DNA from: Armatimonadota bacterium
GTDB lineage: Bacteria; Armatimonadota; SYMT01
Direction of reading: 5' to 3'
NCBI GenBank assembly: GCA_041690135.1
Contig: JAWLHY010000004.1
Location: forward strand, 160,001-224,000
DNA: 64,000 bases
The notes beneath the pieces are model-generated. The model did no database searches. It was not told the origin of the DNA and saw only the letters and a program-made list of their open reading frames with translations. This document shows, in pieces, positions 9,277-20,247 of the stretch. A program made the translations under genes and the position numbers. Positions within the stretch are counted from its first letter, which is position 1, and each line of letters starts with the position of its first letter.

Positions 9277-9474
9277 TAGTGGGTCACTTGGCACCCAGCT
9301 TCTGATGGTCCGCGCCCGCTCTGCATCGCATCAGGAATGGCTCCTGGGGACTGGAACGGTACTCTGTCCTTGCACCCGCAGAAGTAGGGTGGGATCTCCG
9401 TCCCCGCCGGGCCTTGGGCTAGCACCCGTCATGCCGTGTGGAACTCCGCTCACCCCGGATTATGGAGCCCACGA
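9277..9474 (+). repeat. ~200-nt dispersed element, copy 1
   Basis: Colinear with 34931-35162 through shared blocks TAGTGGGTCACTTG, GTCCGCGCCCGCTCT, TGTCCTTGCACC, CGTCCCCGCCGGGCC and TGCCGTGTGG. Confidence 0.8.
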
Positions 9475-9506
9475 ACCCAATACCCCGTCAGGATCACCTA
9501 TCAATA

Positions 9507-9532
9507 AGACCCCGGCTTTCCAGCCGGGGTCT
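9507..9532. terminator. Perfect hairpin between convergent sbcC and gltD (terminator or REP-like)
   Basis: AGACCCCGGCT-ttcc-AGCCGGGGTCT, 11-bp stem. Confidence 0.5.
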
Positions 9533-9583
9533 ACTCGGTCCTCTCTGTGCACTCCGCGTCTCTGCGGTGGGTGACCCCATTCC

Positions 9584-11113
9584 TTACGAGAACGGCCGCT
9601 GGTCGTTTTCGTTGTCGAGGGGCCGGGGCAGGCTGGTCTCGCCCATCAGGTAGGCGTCCACGCCCGCGGCGGCGTGACGTCCTTCCGCGATGGCCCACAC
9701 GATCAGGCTCTGACCACGGGTGATATCCCCGGCGGTGAAGACGCCCGGCACGCTGGTCATGCGGTTCAGGTCGGATTTCACGTTACCGCGCGGGTCGTAC
9801 TCGACGCCCAACTGCTCGAGGACACCGCCCTTCTCCGGGCCGACGAAGCCCATCGCCAGGAAGACCAGGTCGGCTTCCCAGATCTGCTCCGTGCCGGGGA
9901 CGTCCACGAACTGCATCCGACCGTTCTCGACCTTCATCTCCACCCGGGTCGTCCGGAGAGCCCGGACGTTTCCGTCCTCGTCGCCCAGGAACTCCTTGGT
10001 GTTGATCGAGTACTCCCGGTCGCAGCCTTCCTCGTGAGCGCTGGAGACGCGGAAGACGTTGTTCCACTGCGGCCACGGGTTGTTCGGAGCGCGGCCGTCC
10101 GGCGGGCGGGAAACGATCTCGAACTGGGCCACGCTGGCGCAGCCCTGGCGGTGCGCCGTGCCGAGGCAGTCCGCCCCGGTGTCGCCGCCGCCGATGATGA
10201 TCACCTTCTTGCCCTGGGCGTGGATGTAGTCCGCCGTTTCCGCCCCGTTGCCGTAAGGGGGCGTGTTCTTCAGGTAGAGATGTCCGTCCTGCTCTTCGTA
10301 GTCTCCCAGCGCGAACCGGTTCGCCTGCGGGAGGTACTGCATCGCCTGGTAGATGCCCTTCAAGTCGCGACCTGGAATCGGCAGGTCGCGCGCCTGCGTG
10401 GCCCCACCGGCCAGCACCACTGCGTCGAACTCGCTGCGGAGCTGCTCGGCGGCGACGTCCACCCCGACATTGACCCCGGCACGGAACACCACGCCTTCGG
10501 CTTCCATCTGGGCGATGCGGCGATCCAGGTAATGCTTCTCCATCTTGAACTGCGGGATGCCGTAGCGGAGGAGGCCCCCGATCTGGTCCGCGCGCTCGAA
10601 GACGGTAACCTCATGCCCTACCCGGCGAAGCTGCTGTGCCGCGGCCAGACCGGCGGGACCGGAACCGACCACGGCCACCTTCTTGCCCGTCAGCTTCTTC
10701 GGTGGCTCGGGAGCGACCCAACCCTCGTCCCAGGCGCGGTCGATGATCGTCACCTCGACCTGCTTGATGGTGACCGGGTCGGCGTTGATACCGAGCACGC
10801 AGGAGGCCTCGCACGGGGCCGGGCAGAGGCGACCGGTGAACTCCGGGAAGTTGTTGGTCGCGTGGAGCCGGTCGATCGCGTCCCGCCAGTGGTTGCGGTA
10901 CACCAGGTCGTTCCAGTCGGGGATCATGTTCCCCAGCGGACAGCCCTGGTGGCAGAACGGAATGCCGCAGTCCATGCAGCGCGCACCCTGCTCCTGGACC
11001 TTGAGCATCGGGAACGGGTTATACACCTCATTCCAATCATGAATCCGCTCGGCCACGGAGCGCCGGGTCGGCAGCTCACGCTTGAATTCCAGAAATCCCG
11101 TTGGCTTTCCCAT
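9584..11113 (-). CDS. gltD: Glutamate synthase small subunit
   Basis: MGKPTGF start, [35 protein letters not shown] and GGGDTGADC. Confidence 0.97.
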   Translation of the reverse strand: MGKPTGFLEFKRELPTRRSVAERIHDWNEVYNPFPMLKVQEQGARCMDCGIPFCHQGCPLGNMIPDWNDLVYRNHWRDAIDRLHATNNFPEFTGRLCPAPCEASCVLGINADPVTIKQVEVTIIDRAWDEGWVAPEPPKKLTGKKVAVVGSGPAGLAAAQQLRRVGHEVTVFERADQIGGLLRYGIPQFKMEKHYLDRRIAQMEAEGVVFRAGVNVGVDVAAEQLRSEFDAVVLAGGATQARDLPIPGRDLKGIYQAMQYLPQANRFALGDYEEQDGHLYLKNTPPYGNGAETADYIHAQGKKVIIIGGGDTGADCLGTAHRQGCASVAQFEIVSRPPDGRAPNNPWPQWNNVFRVSSAHEEGCDREYSINTKEFLGDEDGNVRALRTTRVEMKVENGRMQFVDVPGTEQIWEADLVFLAMGFVGPEKGGVLEQLGVEYDPRGNVKSDLNRMTSVPGVFTAGDITRGQSLIVWAIAEGRHAAAGVDAYLMGETSLPRPLDNENDQRPFS

Positions 11114-11120
11114 TTTTCTC

Positions 11121-14100
11121 CTACTCCGCGCCGGCCAGGGTTCCACCACCCGGGGCTTCCAGCTTCTGTCGCTTCTGTTCTTCGAGGACCCGCTTATAGT
11201 CGGTCGGCATGACCTTGCGGAACTTCGTCTTGGCCGTGTCCCACTGGTCCAGGATCTCCTGCGCCACGGTGCTGCCCGTATAGAACACGTGCTGCTGCAG
11301 CAGGTCGCGTACCAGTGCCTGGTCTTCCGGATCCGTGAACGGCTCCAACTCCACCATCTCGGTGTTCAGGCGGATCGGGAAGTCGCCGGCCTCGTCGAGG
11401 ACAAAGGCCATCCCGCCACTCATCCCGGCCCCGAAGTTCCGGCCCGTCCGGCCGATGGAGACCACGATACCGCCGGTCATATACTCGCAGCAGTGGTCGC
11501 CGGTGCCTTCCACCACGGTGTGAGCTCCGGAGTTGCGGACGCAGAACCGTTCGCCGGCCTTGCCGCGGACGAACATCTTGCCGCCCGTGGCGCCGTAGAG
11601 GGCCACGTTGCCGATCAGGATATTCTCTTCCGGCTTGAAGGTGGACGCCCGCGGCGGGAACACCACGACCTTGCCGCCGGACAGGCCCTTACCGCAGTAG
11701 TCGTTGGCATCGCCTTCCAGGGTGAGGGTCATCCCCCGCGGCACGAAACCGCCGAAGCTCTGGCCGGCCGAGCCGTGGAACTTGATCTTGATCGTGTCCT
11801 CTGGCAGACCCTCCACACCGAACTTGCGGGTCACTTCACTGCCGAGGATGGCGCCCACGGTCCGGTCCACGTTGTGGATGTCCACCTCGAACTCCGCGGT
11901 AGGCAGCTCGATTTCGGAGGCGCTGGTGATTTCCTGCTGGCCGTTCCACTCCTGGACCGCCGGGCACCAGTTCACCTGGTAGGGCAGGTCGAGGATCTGC
12001 CGGATCTCGGGCCGCGCCAGCAACTGGTAGTCGAGCACGTTCTCCAGACCGTGGTCCTGCGGGACGACCTGGTGCACCGCCACCTCGGGACCGACTTCCG
12101 GACGATGGAGGATCTTGCTGAGGTCCAGCCCCTTCGCCTTGTAGTGCTCGATCGCATGGCGCATCTCCAGCAGGTCGCTGCGGCCGACCATCTCGTCCAG
12201 GGTGCGGAACCCGAGCTTCGCCATGATCTCGCGGATCTCTTCCGCGACGAACATGAAGAAGTTCACCACATGGTCCGCCTGGCCCGTGAAGCGCGCCCGG
12301 AGGTCCGGGTTCTGGGTCGCGACCCCCACCGGGCAGGTGTCGAGATGGCAGACGCGCATCATGATGCAGCCCATCACCACCAGCGGCGCCGTCGCGAAGC
12401 CGAACTCCTCGGCTCCCAGCAGCGCGGCGATCGCCACGTCGCGGCCCGTCTTGAGCTGGCCGTCGGTCTGCACGCGGATCCGGTCGCGGAGCTTGTTCAG
12501 CACCAGGGTCTGCTGCGTCTCGGCGAGTCCCAGCTCCCACGGCGTCCCCGCGTACTTGATGGAAGTCAGCGGGCTGGCGCCGGTGCCGCCATCGTGGCCG
12601 CTGATGAGTACCACGTCCGCGTGGGCCTTGGAAACCCCGGCCGCCACCGTGCCGACCCCGATCTCCGCCACGAGCTTCACGCAAACGCGGGCGCGCGGGT
12701 TGGAGTTCTTCAGGTCGAAGATGAGTTGGGCCAGGTCTTCAATCGAGTAGATGTCATGGTGCGGCGGCGGGGAGATGAGGCCCACGCCCGGCGTCGTGCC
12801 GCGGACCTTCGCGATCCACGGGTAGACCTTGTGTCCGGGAAGCTCGCCGCCTTCGCCCGGCTTGGCGCCCTGGGCCATCTTGATCTGGAGCTCGTCGGCG
12901 CTCACCATGTAGCTGCTGGTCACCCCGAACCGGCCGCTCGCCACCTGCTTGATCCGGCTGCGGCGGCTATCACCGTTCGGCTCGGGCAGCCAGCGGGCGG
13001 GGTCCTCGCCGCCTTCCCCGGTGTTGCTCCAGCCGCCCAGGCGGTTCATCGCGATCGCCAGGGTCTGGTGCGCTTCCATACTGATGGAACCGTAGGACAT
13101 CGCGCCGGTGCAGAACCGCTTGACGATCTCTTCGGCCGACTCGACCTCTTCGATCGGGATGGGCGTGCACTCGTCGAACTTGAACTCCATCAGCCCCCGC
13201 AGCGTGCAGAGCCGCTTGCTCTGGTCATCCACGCGCTCCGTGTAGCTCTTGAAGATATCGTAGCGGCCGCTGCGGGTGGCATGCTGCAGGCGGAACACCG
13301 TTTCCGGGTTGAAGAGGTGATACTCCCCTTCCCGGCGCCACTGGAACTGCCCGCCCCACCGGAGATGGTCCGGCCCCGCGGTCCGGTCCGGGAAGGCGCG
13401 CCGGTGGTGCTGGAGCACTTCCTGGCAGACCTCTTCCAGGCCGATGCCGCTCACCTGGGACGCCGTCTTGCAGAAGTACCGGTCGATGAACTCCTGCTTG
13501 AGACCGATCGCCTCGAAGATCTGCGCACCGCGGTAGCTCTGGACCGTGGAGATGCCCATCTTGGCCATCACCTTCACCACACCCTTGTAGACGGCCTTGA
13601 TGTAGTTCTTGACCGCCTTCTCGAGCGTGAGGACCGGCGGCAGCATCCCCTGCCGGATCATGTCGTCCAGGCTCTCGAACGCCAGGTACGGGTTGATGGC
13701 GCTGGCGCCGTAGCCCAGCAGCAGGCAGAAGTGGTGCACCTCGCGGGCATCACCGCTCTCCACCACCAGGCCGACGCGGGTCCGCAGCTCTTCCCGCACC
13801 AGGTGGTGGTGCAGACCGGAGGTGGCCAGGAGCGAAGGAATGGGCGCCCACTCCGCATCGACCCCGCGGTCGGAAAGAATCAGGATACTGGCGCCGCCGC
13901 GGATCGCCTCCGCCGCCGCCTGGAATAGCTCCTCGAGCGCCCGCTCCATCCCGGCGGCCCCGTCCGCGGCCCGGAAGACCATCGGGATGGTAACCGCCTT
14001 GAAGCCGTGACCGCCCGGCGTGTTGCCGTCCAACTGCTTCAGCTTGGCCAGTTGCTCGTTCGTGAGCACGAAGGTGTCCAGGTCGATCTGGCGCGCCGCA

Positions 14101-15782
14101 TCCGGAGTGGGCTCCAGGATGTTCACTTCCGGCCCCAGACTCGTGTAGACGGAGGTGATGATCTCCTCGCGGATACAGTCGAGTGGCGGGTTGGTGACCT
14201 GGGCAAAGAGCTGCTTGAAGTAGTTGAACAGCACCTGCGGCTGGTCGGAGAGCACCGCCAGCGGCGTATCCGTGCCCATGGAACCGATCGCCCAGAGGCC
14301 CTTTTCCGCCATGGGTCCGAGGATGTACTTTTGGTCCTCGACCGTGTAGGCGAAGGCCTGCTGGCGATGGAGCAGCGTTTCGTGGTCCGGCAGCGGCAAC
14401 TCGGGAGCGGCCGGGATCTCGTTCAGGTGGATGGAATGCTCGTTCAGCCACTCGCCGTAGGGCTGCGCCGTGGCGAGCTGGTGCTTCAGCTCCTCATCCG
14501 CGACGATCCGGCCCTCTTCCATGTTGACCAGGAACATCCGGCCCGGCTCGAGGCGACCCTTGATCGCCACGTCCTCGGGGGCGATCTCAAGGACGCCGAC
14601 CTCGGAGGCCATGATAACCAGGTCGTCCTTGGTCACCCAGTAGCGGGAGGGACGCAGGCCGTTCCGGTCCAGGGTGGCGCCGATGCTCTTGCCGTCGGTG
14701 AAGGCGATGGACGCGGGGCCGTCCCACGGCTCCATGAAGCAGGAATGGAAGCGGTAGAAGTCCTTCTTCTCCTGCGACATCGACTCGTGATGCTCCCAGG
14801 CTTCGGGGATCATCATCATCATCACGTGGGCGGGGCTGCGGCCGGCCTTGATCAACAGCTCCACCACGTTGTCCAGCACGGCGGTGTCGCTGCCGTCTTC
14901 GTTGGCCACGATCGGTAGGAGCTTCTCCACGTCGCCGGGCTCGAACAGGCTCGACTTCAGCAGCGACTGGCGCGCGCGCATCCAGTTGGCGTTGCCGCGC
15001 TTGGTGTTGATCTCGCCGTTATGGGAGATCATCCGGTACGGGTGCGCCAGTTCCCAGGCGGGGAAGGTGTTGGTGCTGAACCGGGAATGGAACATGCAGA
15101 GCGCGCTCTTCAGGTCCGGATCGTTGAGGTCCGGGAAGTAGAGCGGCACCTGGTCCGGCGTCAGCATCCCCTTGTAGACGATGGTGTAGCAGGAGAGGCT
15201 GGGGAAGTAGAAGAAGCCCTTCTGCTCCAGGTCCGACTTGGCGGCGATGTTCTCGAACCGGCGGCGGATGACGTACAGCTTCCGCTCGAACTGGTCGGCG
15301 TCGCGGATGTTGTCGCCCCAGGCGATGAACGCCTGCTCCATGTCCGGCTCCACGTCGAGCGCCGTCTGGCCCAGCGAGCTGTTCTCCGTCGGCAGTGGGC
15401 GCCAGCCCAGGAACTTCTGGCCCTCGTCCGCCACGATCTGCTCGAACAGCCGCTTGCCCTCGGCCTTCGATGCCTCCACCTTGGGCAGGAAGAGCGTTCC
15501 GGCGCCGTAGCGACCGGGCTCCGGCAGCTCAAAGCCGAGGGGCGCGGTCACCCGCAGGAAGAACTCGTGGGGAAGCTGGATCAGGACGCCCGCCCCATCA
15601 CCCGTGTTGACTTCGCAGCCGCAGGCGCCGCGATGGTTGAGGTTGATCAGGGCCTTGACGCCGTCCTGAACGATCTTGTGGGATTTCTTGCCCTTCAGGT
15701 GGACGAGAAATCCAACGCCGCACGCGTCGTGCTCGTTTGCGGGGTCGTAGAGACCCTGCTTATCAGGAAGACCGATAGCCAT
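11121..15782 (-). CDS. gltB: Glutamate synthase large subunit
   Basis: EHDACGVG Ntn cysteine, [32 protein letters not shown], the [13 protein letters not shown] Fe-S motif and the GXGXG domain. Confidence 0.98.
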   Translation of the reverse strand: MAIGLPDKQGLYDPANEHDACGVGFLVHLKGKKSHKIVQDGVKALINLNHRGACGCEVNTGDGAGVLIQLPHEFFLRVTAPLGFELPEPGRYGAGTLFLPKVEASKAEGKRLFEQIVADEGQKFLGWRPLPTENSSLGQTALDVEPDMEQAFIAWGDNIRDADQFERKLYVIRRRFENIAAKSDLEQKGFFYFPSLSCYTIVYKGMLTPDQVPLYFPDLNDPDLKSALCMFHSRFSTNTFPAWELAHPYRMISHNGEINTKRGNANWMRARQSLLKSSLFEPGDVEKLLPIVANEDGSDTAVLDNVVELLIKAGRSPAHVMMMMIPEAWEHHESMSQEKKDFYRFHSCFMEPWDGPASIAFTDGKSIGATLDRNGLRPSRYWVTKDDLVIMASEVGVLEIAPEDVAIKGRLEPGRMFLVNMEEGRIVADEELKHQLATAQPYGEWLNEHSIHLNEIPAAPELPLPDHETLLHRQQAFAYTVEDQKYILGPMAEKGLWAIGSMGTDTPLAVLSDQPQVLFNYFKQLFAQVTNPPLDCIREEIITSVYTSLGPEVNILEPTPDAARQIDLDTFVLTNEQLAKLKQLDGNTPGGHGFKAVTIPMVFRAADGAAGMERALEELFQAAAEAIRGGASILILSDRGVDAEWAPIPSLLATSGLHHHLVREELRTRVGLVVESGDAREVHHFCLLLGYGASAINPYLAFESLDDMIRQGMLPPVLTLEKAVKNYIKAVYKGVVKVMAKMGISTVQSYRGAQIFEAIGLKQEFIDRYFCKTASQVSGIGLEEVCQEVLQHHRRAFPDRTAGPDHLRWGGQFQWRREGEYHLFNPETVFRLQHATRSGRYDIFKSYTERVDDQSKRLCTLRGLMEFKFDECTPIPIEEVESAEEIVKRFCTGAMSYGSISMEAHQTLAIAMNRLGGWSNTGEGGEDPARWLPEPNGDSRRSRIKQVASGRFGVTSSYMVSADELQIKMAQGAKPGEGGELPGHKVYPWIAKVRGTTPGVGLISPPPHHDIYSIEDLAQLIFDLKNSNPRARVCVKLVAEIGVGTVAAGVSKAHADVVLISGHDGGTGASPLTSIKYAGTPWELGLAETQQTLVLNKLRDRIRVQTDGQLKTGRDVAIAALLGAEEFGFATAPLVVMGCIMMRVCHLDTCPVGVATQNPDLRARFTGQADHVVNFFMFVAEEIREIMAKLGFRTLDEMVGRSDLLEMRHAIEHYKAKGLDLSKILHRPEVGPEVAVHQVVPQDHGLENVLDYQLLARPEIRQILDLPYQVNWCPAVQEWNGQQEITSASEIELPTAEFEVDIHNVDRTVGAILGSEVTRKFGVEGLPEDTIKIKFHGSAGQSFGGFVPRGMTLTLEGDANDYCGKGLSGGKVVVFPPRASTFKPEENILIGNVALYGATGGKMFVRGKAGERFCVRNSGAHTVVEGTGDHCCEYMTGGIVVSIGRTGRNFGAGMSGGMAFVLDEAGDFPIRLNTEMVELEPFTDPEDQALVRDLLQQHVFYTGSTVAQEILDQWDTAKTKFRKVMPTDYKRVLEEQKRQKLEAPGGGTLAGAE

Positions 15783-16021
15783 CTGTCACTTACCTCTCTG
15801 CGGGATAGCCGGTGTCGGGGTGCCGGGCTCGAAACTGGGCGATTGAAGGTCGGAGCAAAGGATGCCGGCGATGCCGTTCGGCGCTCCGCATGCGAAAGCG
15901 TGGGGTGTCTGTTGCACGCCGCGGGCGCTGGGGGCGCCCTATTGCGGACCTTACAAGCTCTTCACTTGTCAACCCGGCCGTGCGTCCTGTGATTTCGGAC
16001 CCGCACCCGGGATAGAAACGC

Positions 16022-16095
16022 AAAAGGGCAGCGGTCCGCGTACACGCGAATCACGCTGCCCCACGCTGGGCGGACCGGGCACGCCGCCATTGGCG
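16022..16095 (-). promoter_or_regulatory. ANTAR-type dual hairpin overlapping an intrinsic terminator in the gltBD leader
   Basis: P1 CGCC-AATGGC-GGCG and P2 GCCC-AGCGTG-GGGC are both hexaloops with A1/G4, 10 nt apart. The P2 3' arm begins the terminator GGGCAGCG...CGCTGCCC-TTTT. A TAGAAT -10 lies at 16123-16128. Confidence 0.7.
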
Positions 16096-16452
16096 AAACC
16101 GGCTGCTTCTCTTACGGACGGTATTCTAAAAGTCTGCTTCCACCGGAGCCTCTTTGCTCGGTCTGGAAATGAGATCGTAATATATCAAATCACAACCGGC
16201 CCGTAAAGGGTCAAGTGGCAAGTAAGAGGAGCGCGGGCACCTCGCCCGCCCAAGAAGGGGCGCGATTCGCAAACCCAGCGGGATGGATGGATCCGCGAAC
16301 TGGACGAATGGGACGAAGGGGAAGGATGTTCAGGCTTTCAGGCCTTCAGGCAATGCCCACGCTCGTCATGGCGAGGAGCGACAGACCTGAAGCAACTTCT
16401 CAGCCCAGATGAGCATCCCGTCGAAGCACCAAGCATCCTGCGCCCGTACCCA

Positions 16453-16730
16453 TAAGCGACGTGGCCATCCCCCTGGTCAGGGAAGTCGCAATTACACGTT
16501 CGGGCAGCCTCCTGGTCAAGATGCGGTCCTGGAACCGGGACTCTTTATCCTTATCCCGGTCCTAATCCATCCCGCCCCCTGGCCAGGGCACCTGTCCCTA
16601 CCCGGCGTCCTAATCGCAATCCTTATCCTAATCCATCCCGCCACTGACCAGGGCACCCGCCCATTACCCAGGATCCTTATCCTCATCCCGGTCCAAATCC
16701 GTCCCGCTCCCTGGTAAGGACACCCGACTT
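16453..16730 (+). repeat. Composite repeat tract
   Basis: One TAAGCGACGTGGC..CCCCCTGGTCAGGGAA unit, then three degenerate ~65-nt units, each a (CCTTAT/CCTAAT)n run plus ATCCRTCCCGC..CTGRYMAGGRCACC. Confidence 0.7.
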
Positions 16731-16996
16731 GCATTCCGGTTGTCGCACTGCAGACGGCGAGTAGGGTCGGTGCCGCCGTCCCCGACCAGGATCAAGCCTC
16801 CGCACACGGAATGCACCGTGGTAGCCAGCGAAACAGGACGGCAATTGCGTCGGATCTACCGCAACCGCCACACAAGCACAGGCCCCGGACGTAACTACCG
16901 CCCGAGGCCCAAACCTTCGCCATTGGCCCCGAGGGGGCTTCGACCTGCCAACCTGCCAACCCAGACCCCGACTCGGATAAACCGGGCACTATCGGC

Positions 16997-17608
16997 TTAT
17001 CTGAATTGCCGGATGCTGAGGATGACCTTGCCCAGGATCTGCACGTTATCCGTCTCGATCGGATCGTAGGCCGGGTTCTCGGCGACCAGCTTAACCTTGC
17101 GCCCGTCCTTGTAGAACCGCTTGACGGTGGCTTCTTCTTCGATCATGGCGGCCACGATCTCGCCGTTGTGAGCCACGTGCTGCTGCCGAATCGCCACTAG
17201 GTCCCCGTCGAAGATGCCGGCGTTGATCATACTGTCGCCCTTGACGCGCAGCATGAAGACCTCGTCGCCTTCGCGGACCAGGTCCATCGGCAGGGGGAAG
17301 GTATCCTCGATGTGCTCCTCGGCCATAATCGGCGCGCCCGCGGCGATTTGCCCCACGATCGGCACGTTGACGGCGCGGATGAACGGCGGAATCAGCGAGT
17401 CGGTCAACTCGATCGATCGGTACTTGTAGCGGTCCCGCTTGATGAAGCCCTTCTTTTCGAGGGCATCCAGGTGGCGCTGCACGGTACAGCTCGACTGCAC
17501 CCCGATCTCCAGGCCAATCTCACGAACCGTCGGTGGCTGTCCTCGCTCCCGCATTGCGTTCCGGATCACGTCCAGAACCCGCTGCTGCTTGCTGGTCAAT
17601 CCCTTCAT
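16997..17608 (-). CDS. lexA: LexA repressor
   Basis: wHTH PPTVREI, IAAG cleavage site, GDSM catalytic Ser and ATVK catalytic Lys. ATG at 17608 with a GAGGAG RBS. Confidence 0.97.
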   Translation of the reverse strand: MKGLTSKQQRVLDVIRNAMRERGQPPTVREIGLEIGVQSSCTVQRHLDALEKKGFIKRDRYKYRSIELTDSLIPPFIRAVNVPIVGQIAAGAPIMAEEHIEDTFPLPMDLVREGDEVFMLRVKGDSMINAGIFDGDLVAIRQQHVAHNGEIVAAMIEEEATVKRFYKDGRKVKLVAENPAYDPIETDNVQILGKVILSIRQFR

Positions 17609-17637
17609 TTCAAGCTCCTCTCTCGCGGAGTATAACA

Positions 17638-17668
17638 CGAACAGATGTTGGCAGCAAACAGAAGTTCC
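17638..17668. promoter_or_regulatory. Two Gram-positive-type SOS boxes upstream of lexA
   Basis: GAAC-agat-GTTG (17639-17650) and AAAC-agaa-GTTC (17656-17667), each one mismatch from GAAC-N4-GTTC. Confidence 0.7.
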
Positions 17669-17703
17669 AGGTTTCTGGATAAGCAAACCGAGAATCTACA
17701 GAG

Positions 17704-18615
17704 TCAGTACCGAACGCCCGCCGGCTCGTCTTCCTCCTTCCACCCCATCACCGAGGTATCGTGCAGCCAGAAGAGGGTGCTTTGCCCCTTTTCCTGGGCG
17801 TCGCAGGCGTCCTGCACCACGAGGGGGCGGACCTGGTCGATTAGCCGCGATTCCTCTTCTTCGGTGAGCGGTTGGAAGTCCGCCGCGATTCCGGCGATCT
17901 GGCTGATCTGCGTCTCGCTGTCCATTCCCACAATCGCCAGGGAGACGCCGGGAAGTCCCAGCGAGTAGCGTAAGGCAAGGTCCACGTCCGGGAAGGCGCC
18001 GTGCCCCAAGACCTTCATGGCGATGACTCCCGCGTTCCGCTCCACGGCTTTGGGGAGGAAGAAGGTGTCCGGCGCGGTCACCAGGCGGTCCGCCATGCCC
18101 AGCGCCACCAGCACGGTATCGAACGGGTACCGCTCCAGAGCGTGGGCCAGGATCTCCGGGCGCGCGTGGCCGGTGATGCCGATGAAACGCACCAGGCCCT
18201 GGTCCCGCGCTTCCTCCAGGCCCGCCACCGCGCCATCGGGCGCCAAAGCCTGCTCCAGGTCGGCAAAGGCGTTGCAGGCGTGGACCTGAATCAGGTCCAC
18301 GTGGTCCGTCTGCAAGCGCCGGAGCGACTCCTTTAACTCGTCGATCACGCTCTCCTTGCGCCGGCAGTTGACCTTGGTCGCCAGGAACACCTCGTCCCGG
18401 CGGGTCTTCATCACCTCCCCCACCTTCGGCTCGCTACCGTAATCCGGCGAAGTGTCCAGGTAGGTGATCCCCAGGTCAATGGCGTGGTTGAGGCACCGGA
18501 CCGCATGGTCCAGCGAGACTTTGTCCTTGCCCAGCGGCGCCGTTCCGTACCCGACAAGGGGAACCATGACCCCCGTGTTGCCCAACGCCCGCTGCGGTGA
18601 AAGAACTGGCGGCAT
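17704..18615 (-). CDS. Aldo/keto reductase
   Basis: LGNTG...GYG, DTSPDYGSE, LATKV, SLRRLQTDHVDLIQVH and IGITGH. Confidence 0.92.
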   Translation of the reverse strand: MPPVLSPQRALGNTGVMVPLVGYGTAPLGKDKVSLDHAVRCLNHAIDLGITYLDTSPDYGSEPKVGEVMKTRRDEVFLATKVNCRRKESVIDELKESLRRLQTDHVDLIQVHACNAFADLEQALAPDGAVAGLEEARDQGLVRFIGITGHARPEILAHALERYPFDTVLVALGMADRLVTAPDTFFLPKAVERNAGVIAMKVLGHGAFPDVDLALRYSLGLPGVSLAIVGMDSETQISQIAGIAADFQPLTEEEESRLIDQVRPLVVQDACDAQEKGQSTLFWLHDTSVMGWKEEDEPAGVRY

Positions 18616-18734
18616 ACGTCCTCCCCGGCTGCGCCCCGGCGGTCCCCCACCCGGTCCCCGCCCGGCAGCCTTCCCGGCCAGTTATTGTCAGCGCCCCGCG
18701 CGGGCCAAACGACGATACGGGGGAGCCACAGATT

Positions 18735-18941
18735 TCACAGATTGGTGACTGATGATGAACCGGTGGAATCCACAGATGACGCAGATCGCGCAGATTGGGA
18801 ATGGAAGATGGCCCTGTTGAGGGCATCTTGTAGGAGGCTTCTCCCGTTGCGTTCAGCGTAAACGGGCGAATCCCGGGCAATGAACTCTACAATCCCACGC
18901 AAATCCTCTATCGCCGGTTCGTTCCAGATGACTGCAGCCAT
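18735..18941 (-). pseudogene. Truncated RelE/ParE-family toxin
   Basis: MAAVIWNEPAIEDLRGIVEFIARDSPVYAER is a typical ParE N-terminus. Similarity ends after about 31 codons, where repeat sequence begins. Confidence 0.75.
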
Positions 18942-19113
18942 TCACCCAGCTTCGCCTCCACCTCTTCCTGCGTGTAGTGCGGGCCCGCGTCGATTGCCTG
19001 GAGACCCTGCTCTATTTCCCCCGAACATAGAGGTGATATTGGATGTCTTCCAGGGAACAATCGTCCGGCAAAGCGCTAATGAGAGCGCTGGCGTCTTGCT
19101 TGGCGTGCGGCAT
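18908..19113 (-). pseudogene. Frameshifted antitoxin of the ParE pair
   Basis: MPHAKQDASALISALPDDCSLEDIQYHLYVRGK* stops at 19012-19014. The adjacent frame continues IEQGLQAIDAGPHYTQEEVEAKLGEWLQSSGTNRR*, overlapping the toxin start. Confidence 0.75.
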
Positions 19114-19746
19114 GTGGCCTCCGACATTGATGATGCATCAACGTGCTTGACCTATATTATTCCACCTCCTGGCGGGCTATGAACTCGGGACCGACCTTGT
19201 GCCCTATCCCGCCGGGTGATGGGGCCCGCGCTACGTGCCCACGTTGCGATTACCCCCCAGCATCACTACTGTGGCGGCCTAACGGACACACTTGCACAGA
19301 GTACGGGCTCCTGGTAACCACCCGCCCCCCTCGGGGGGGTAAACCTACGTCCAAGTTGCCCTGCCGGGCTCTCGGATATCCGGAACTTGCCTTTTAATCC
19401 GAGATGCCCCAACGCCCCCTACGGAAGCAACTACACCCCTACGACTAACCATGAAAACCGCCCGATTCCCGTGAGCCCCGTGGGGCGGCTCGAAGGTAGC
19501 CAGGCGGTTACCAGGGCGGCACGCCGAAAGCGACCTATCACTCGTTGGCACGGGTGCTTGTTTGAGCGTCGTACCCTATCCGGTCCTTCGTGCCGCCCAT
19601 CGCCTGGCGGGCCGTGCCCTTGAACTGTGACCGTCCTCTTGAGCGGCAAATCCGTTGCCTGCGCGCCGCCCATCGCCTGGCGGGCCGTGTATACGAGCAA
19701 CAGCCGGCATGCCCCCATTCCCCTGATGGAAAACCAACATGGCTAC

Positions 19747-20049
19747 TCACTCCCAACCGGGGTCTCGCCGGGGCGCCATCACATAGTTCCCGCTCACGAC
19801 AGCCTTGGGACCCAGAAGCTGACCCATAAGCCACACCGTGCCAACCGGACAGGATAAGTGGTTATGCGTGGAGCTCCAGTACTCCATGATGCCGACCTCA
19901 TGACCGTCCCAGCGCGCCGCTAACTCGCGCAGTCGCGCCAGGGCAATGGGGTCTCCGGAGAGTATCCCGTCATTCCACCGGAGCGCGACGACGCGGCCTT
20001 CCAGGGTACCGGTCATCGTGAAGTCGTAGGTTTCTTCCATTTCCGACAT
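19747..20049 (-). CDS. Hypothetical protein (~100 aa)
   Basis: MSEMEETYDFTMTGTLEG... has protein-like composition. No motif recognised. Confidence 0.5.
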   Translation of the reverse strand: MSEMEETYDFTMTGTLEGRVVALRWNDGILSGDPIALARLRELAARWDGHEVGIMEYWSSTHNHLSCPVGTVWLMGQLLGPKAVVSGNYVMAPRRDPGWE

Positions 20050-20247
20050 TCCATTCCGCCGATCTTGCTTTTCTGAGTCTCTTGACCGGTGCCCTGCCCT
20101 TCTGAGGCATAGAAAAGCCACGGCCGTGCGATTCCGGTGCGGCCGCGATCCTAATCCTTACCACATTCACGGTGAGGGTTTCGCCCTCTCCGTGTCGAAC
20201 CTATCCCTATGCCGCTGCCAGCCCCTGCGCCGAACCGAGGTCCAGTG

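Noticed and set aside
9674-15992. Long plus-strand ORFs (512, 948, 303 and 323 aa) opposite gltBD
   Set aside because: Antisense shadow ORFs of high-GC genes with no protein motifs. The same applies to those opposite A2M, uvrA, GDPD and the ATP-grasp gene.
15783-16020. Glutamine (glnA) riboswitch or second ANTAR site in the gltB leader
   Set aside because: No glnA-motif consensus. The hairpin CGC-AATAGG-GCG lacks G4 and has no partner hairpin or terminator.
16409-16734. ORFs with ILIPVLIHP or WIRIRI repeats
   Set aside because: They are translations of non-coding hexamer tandem repeats.
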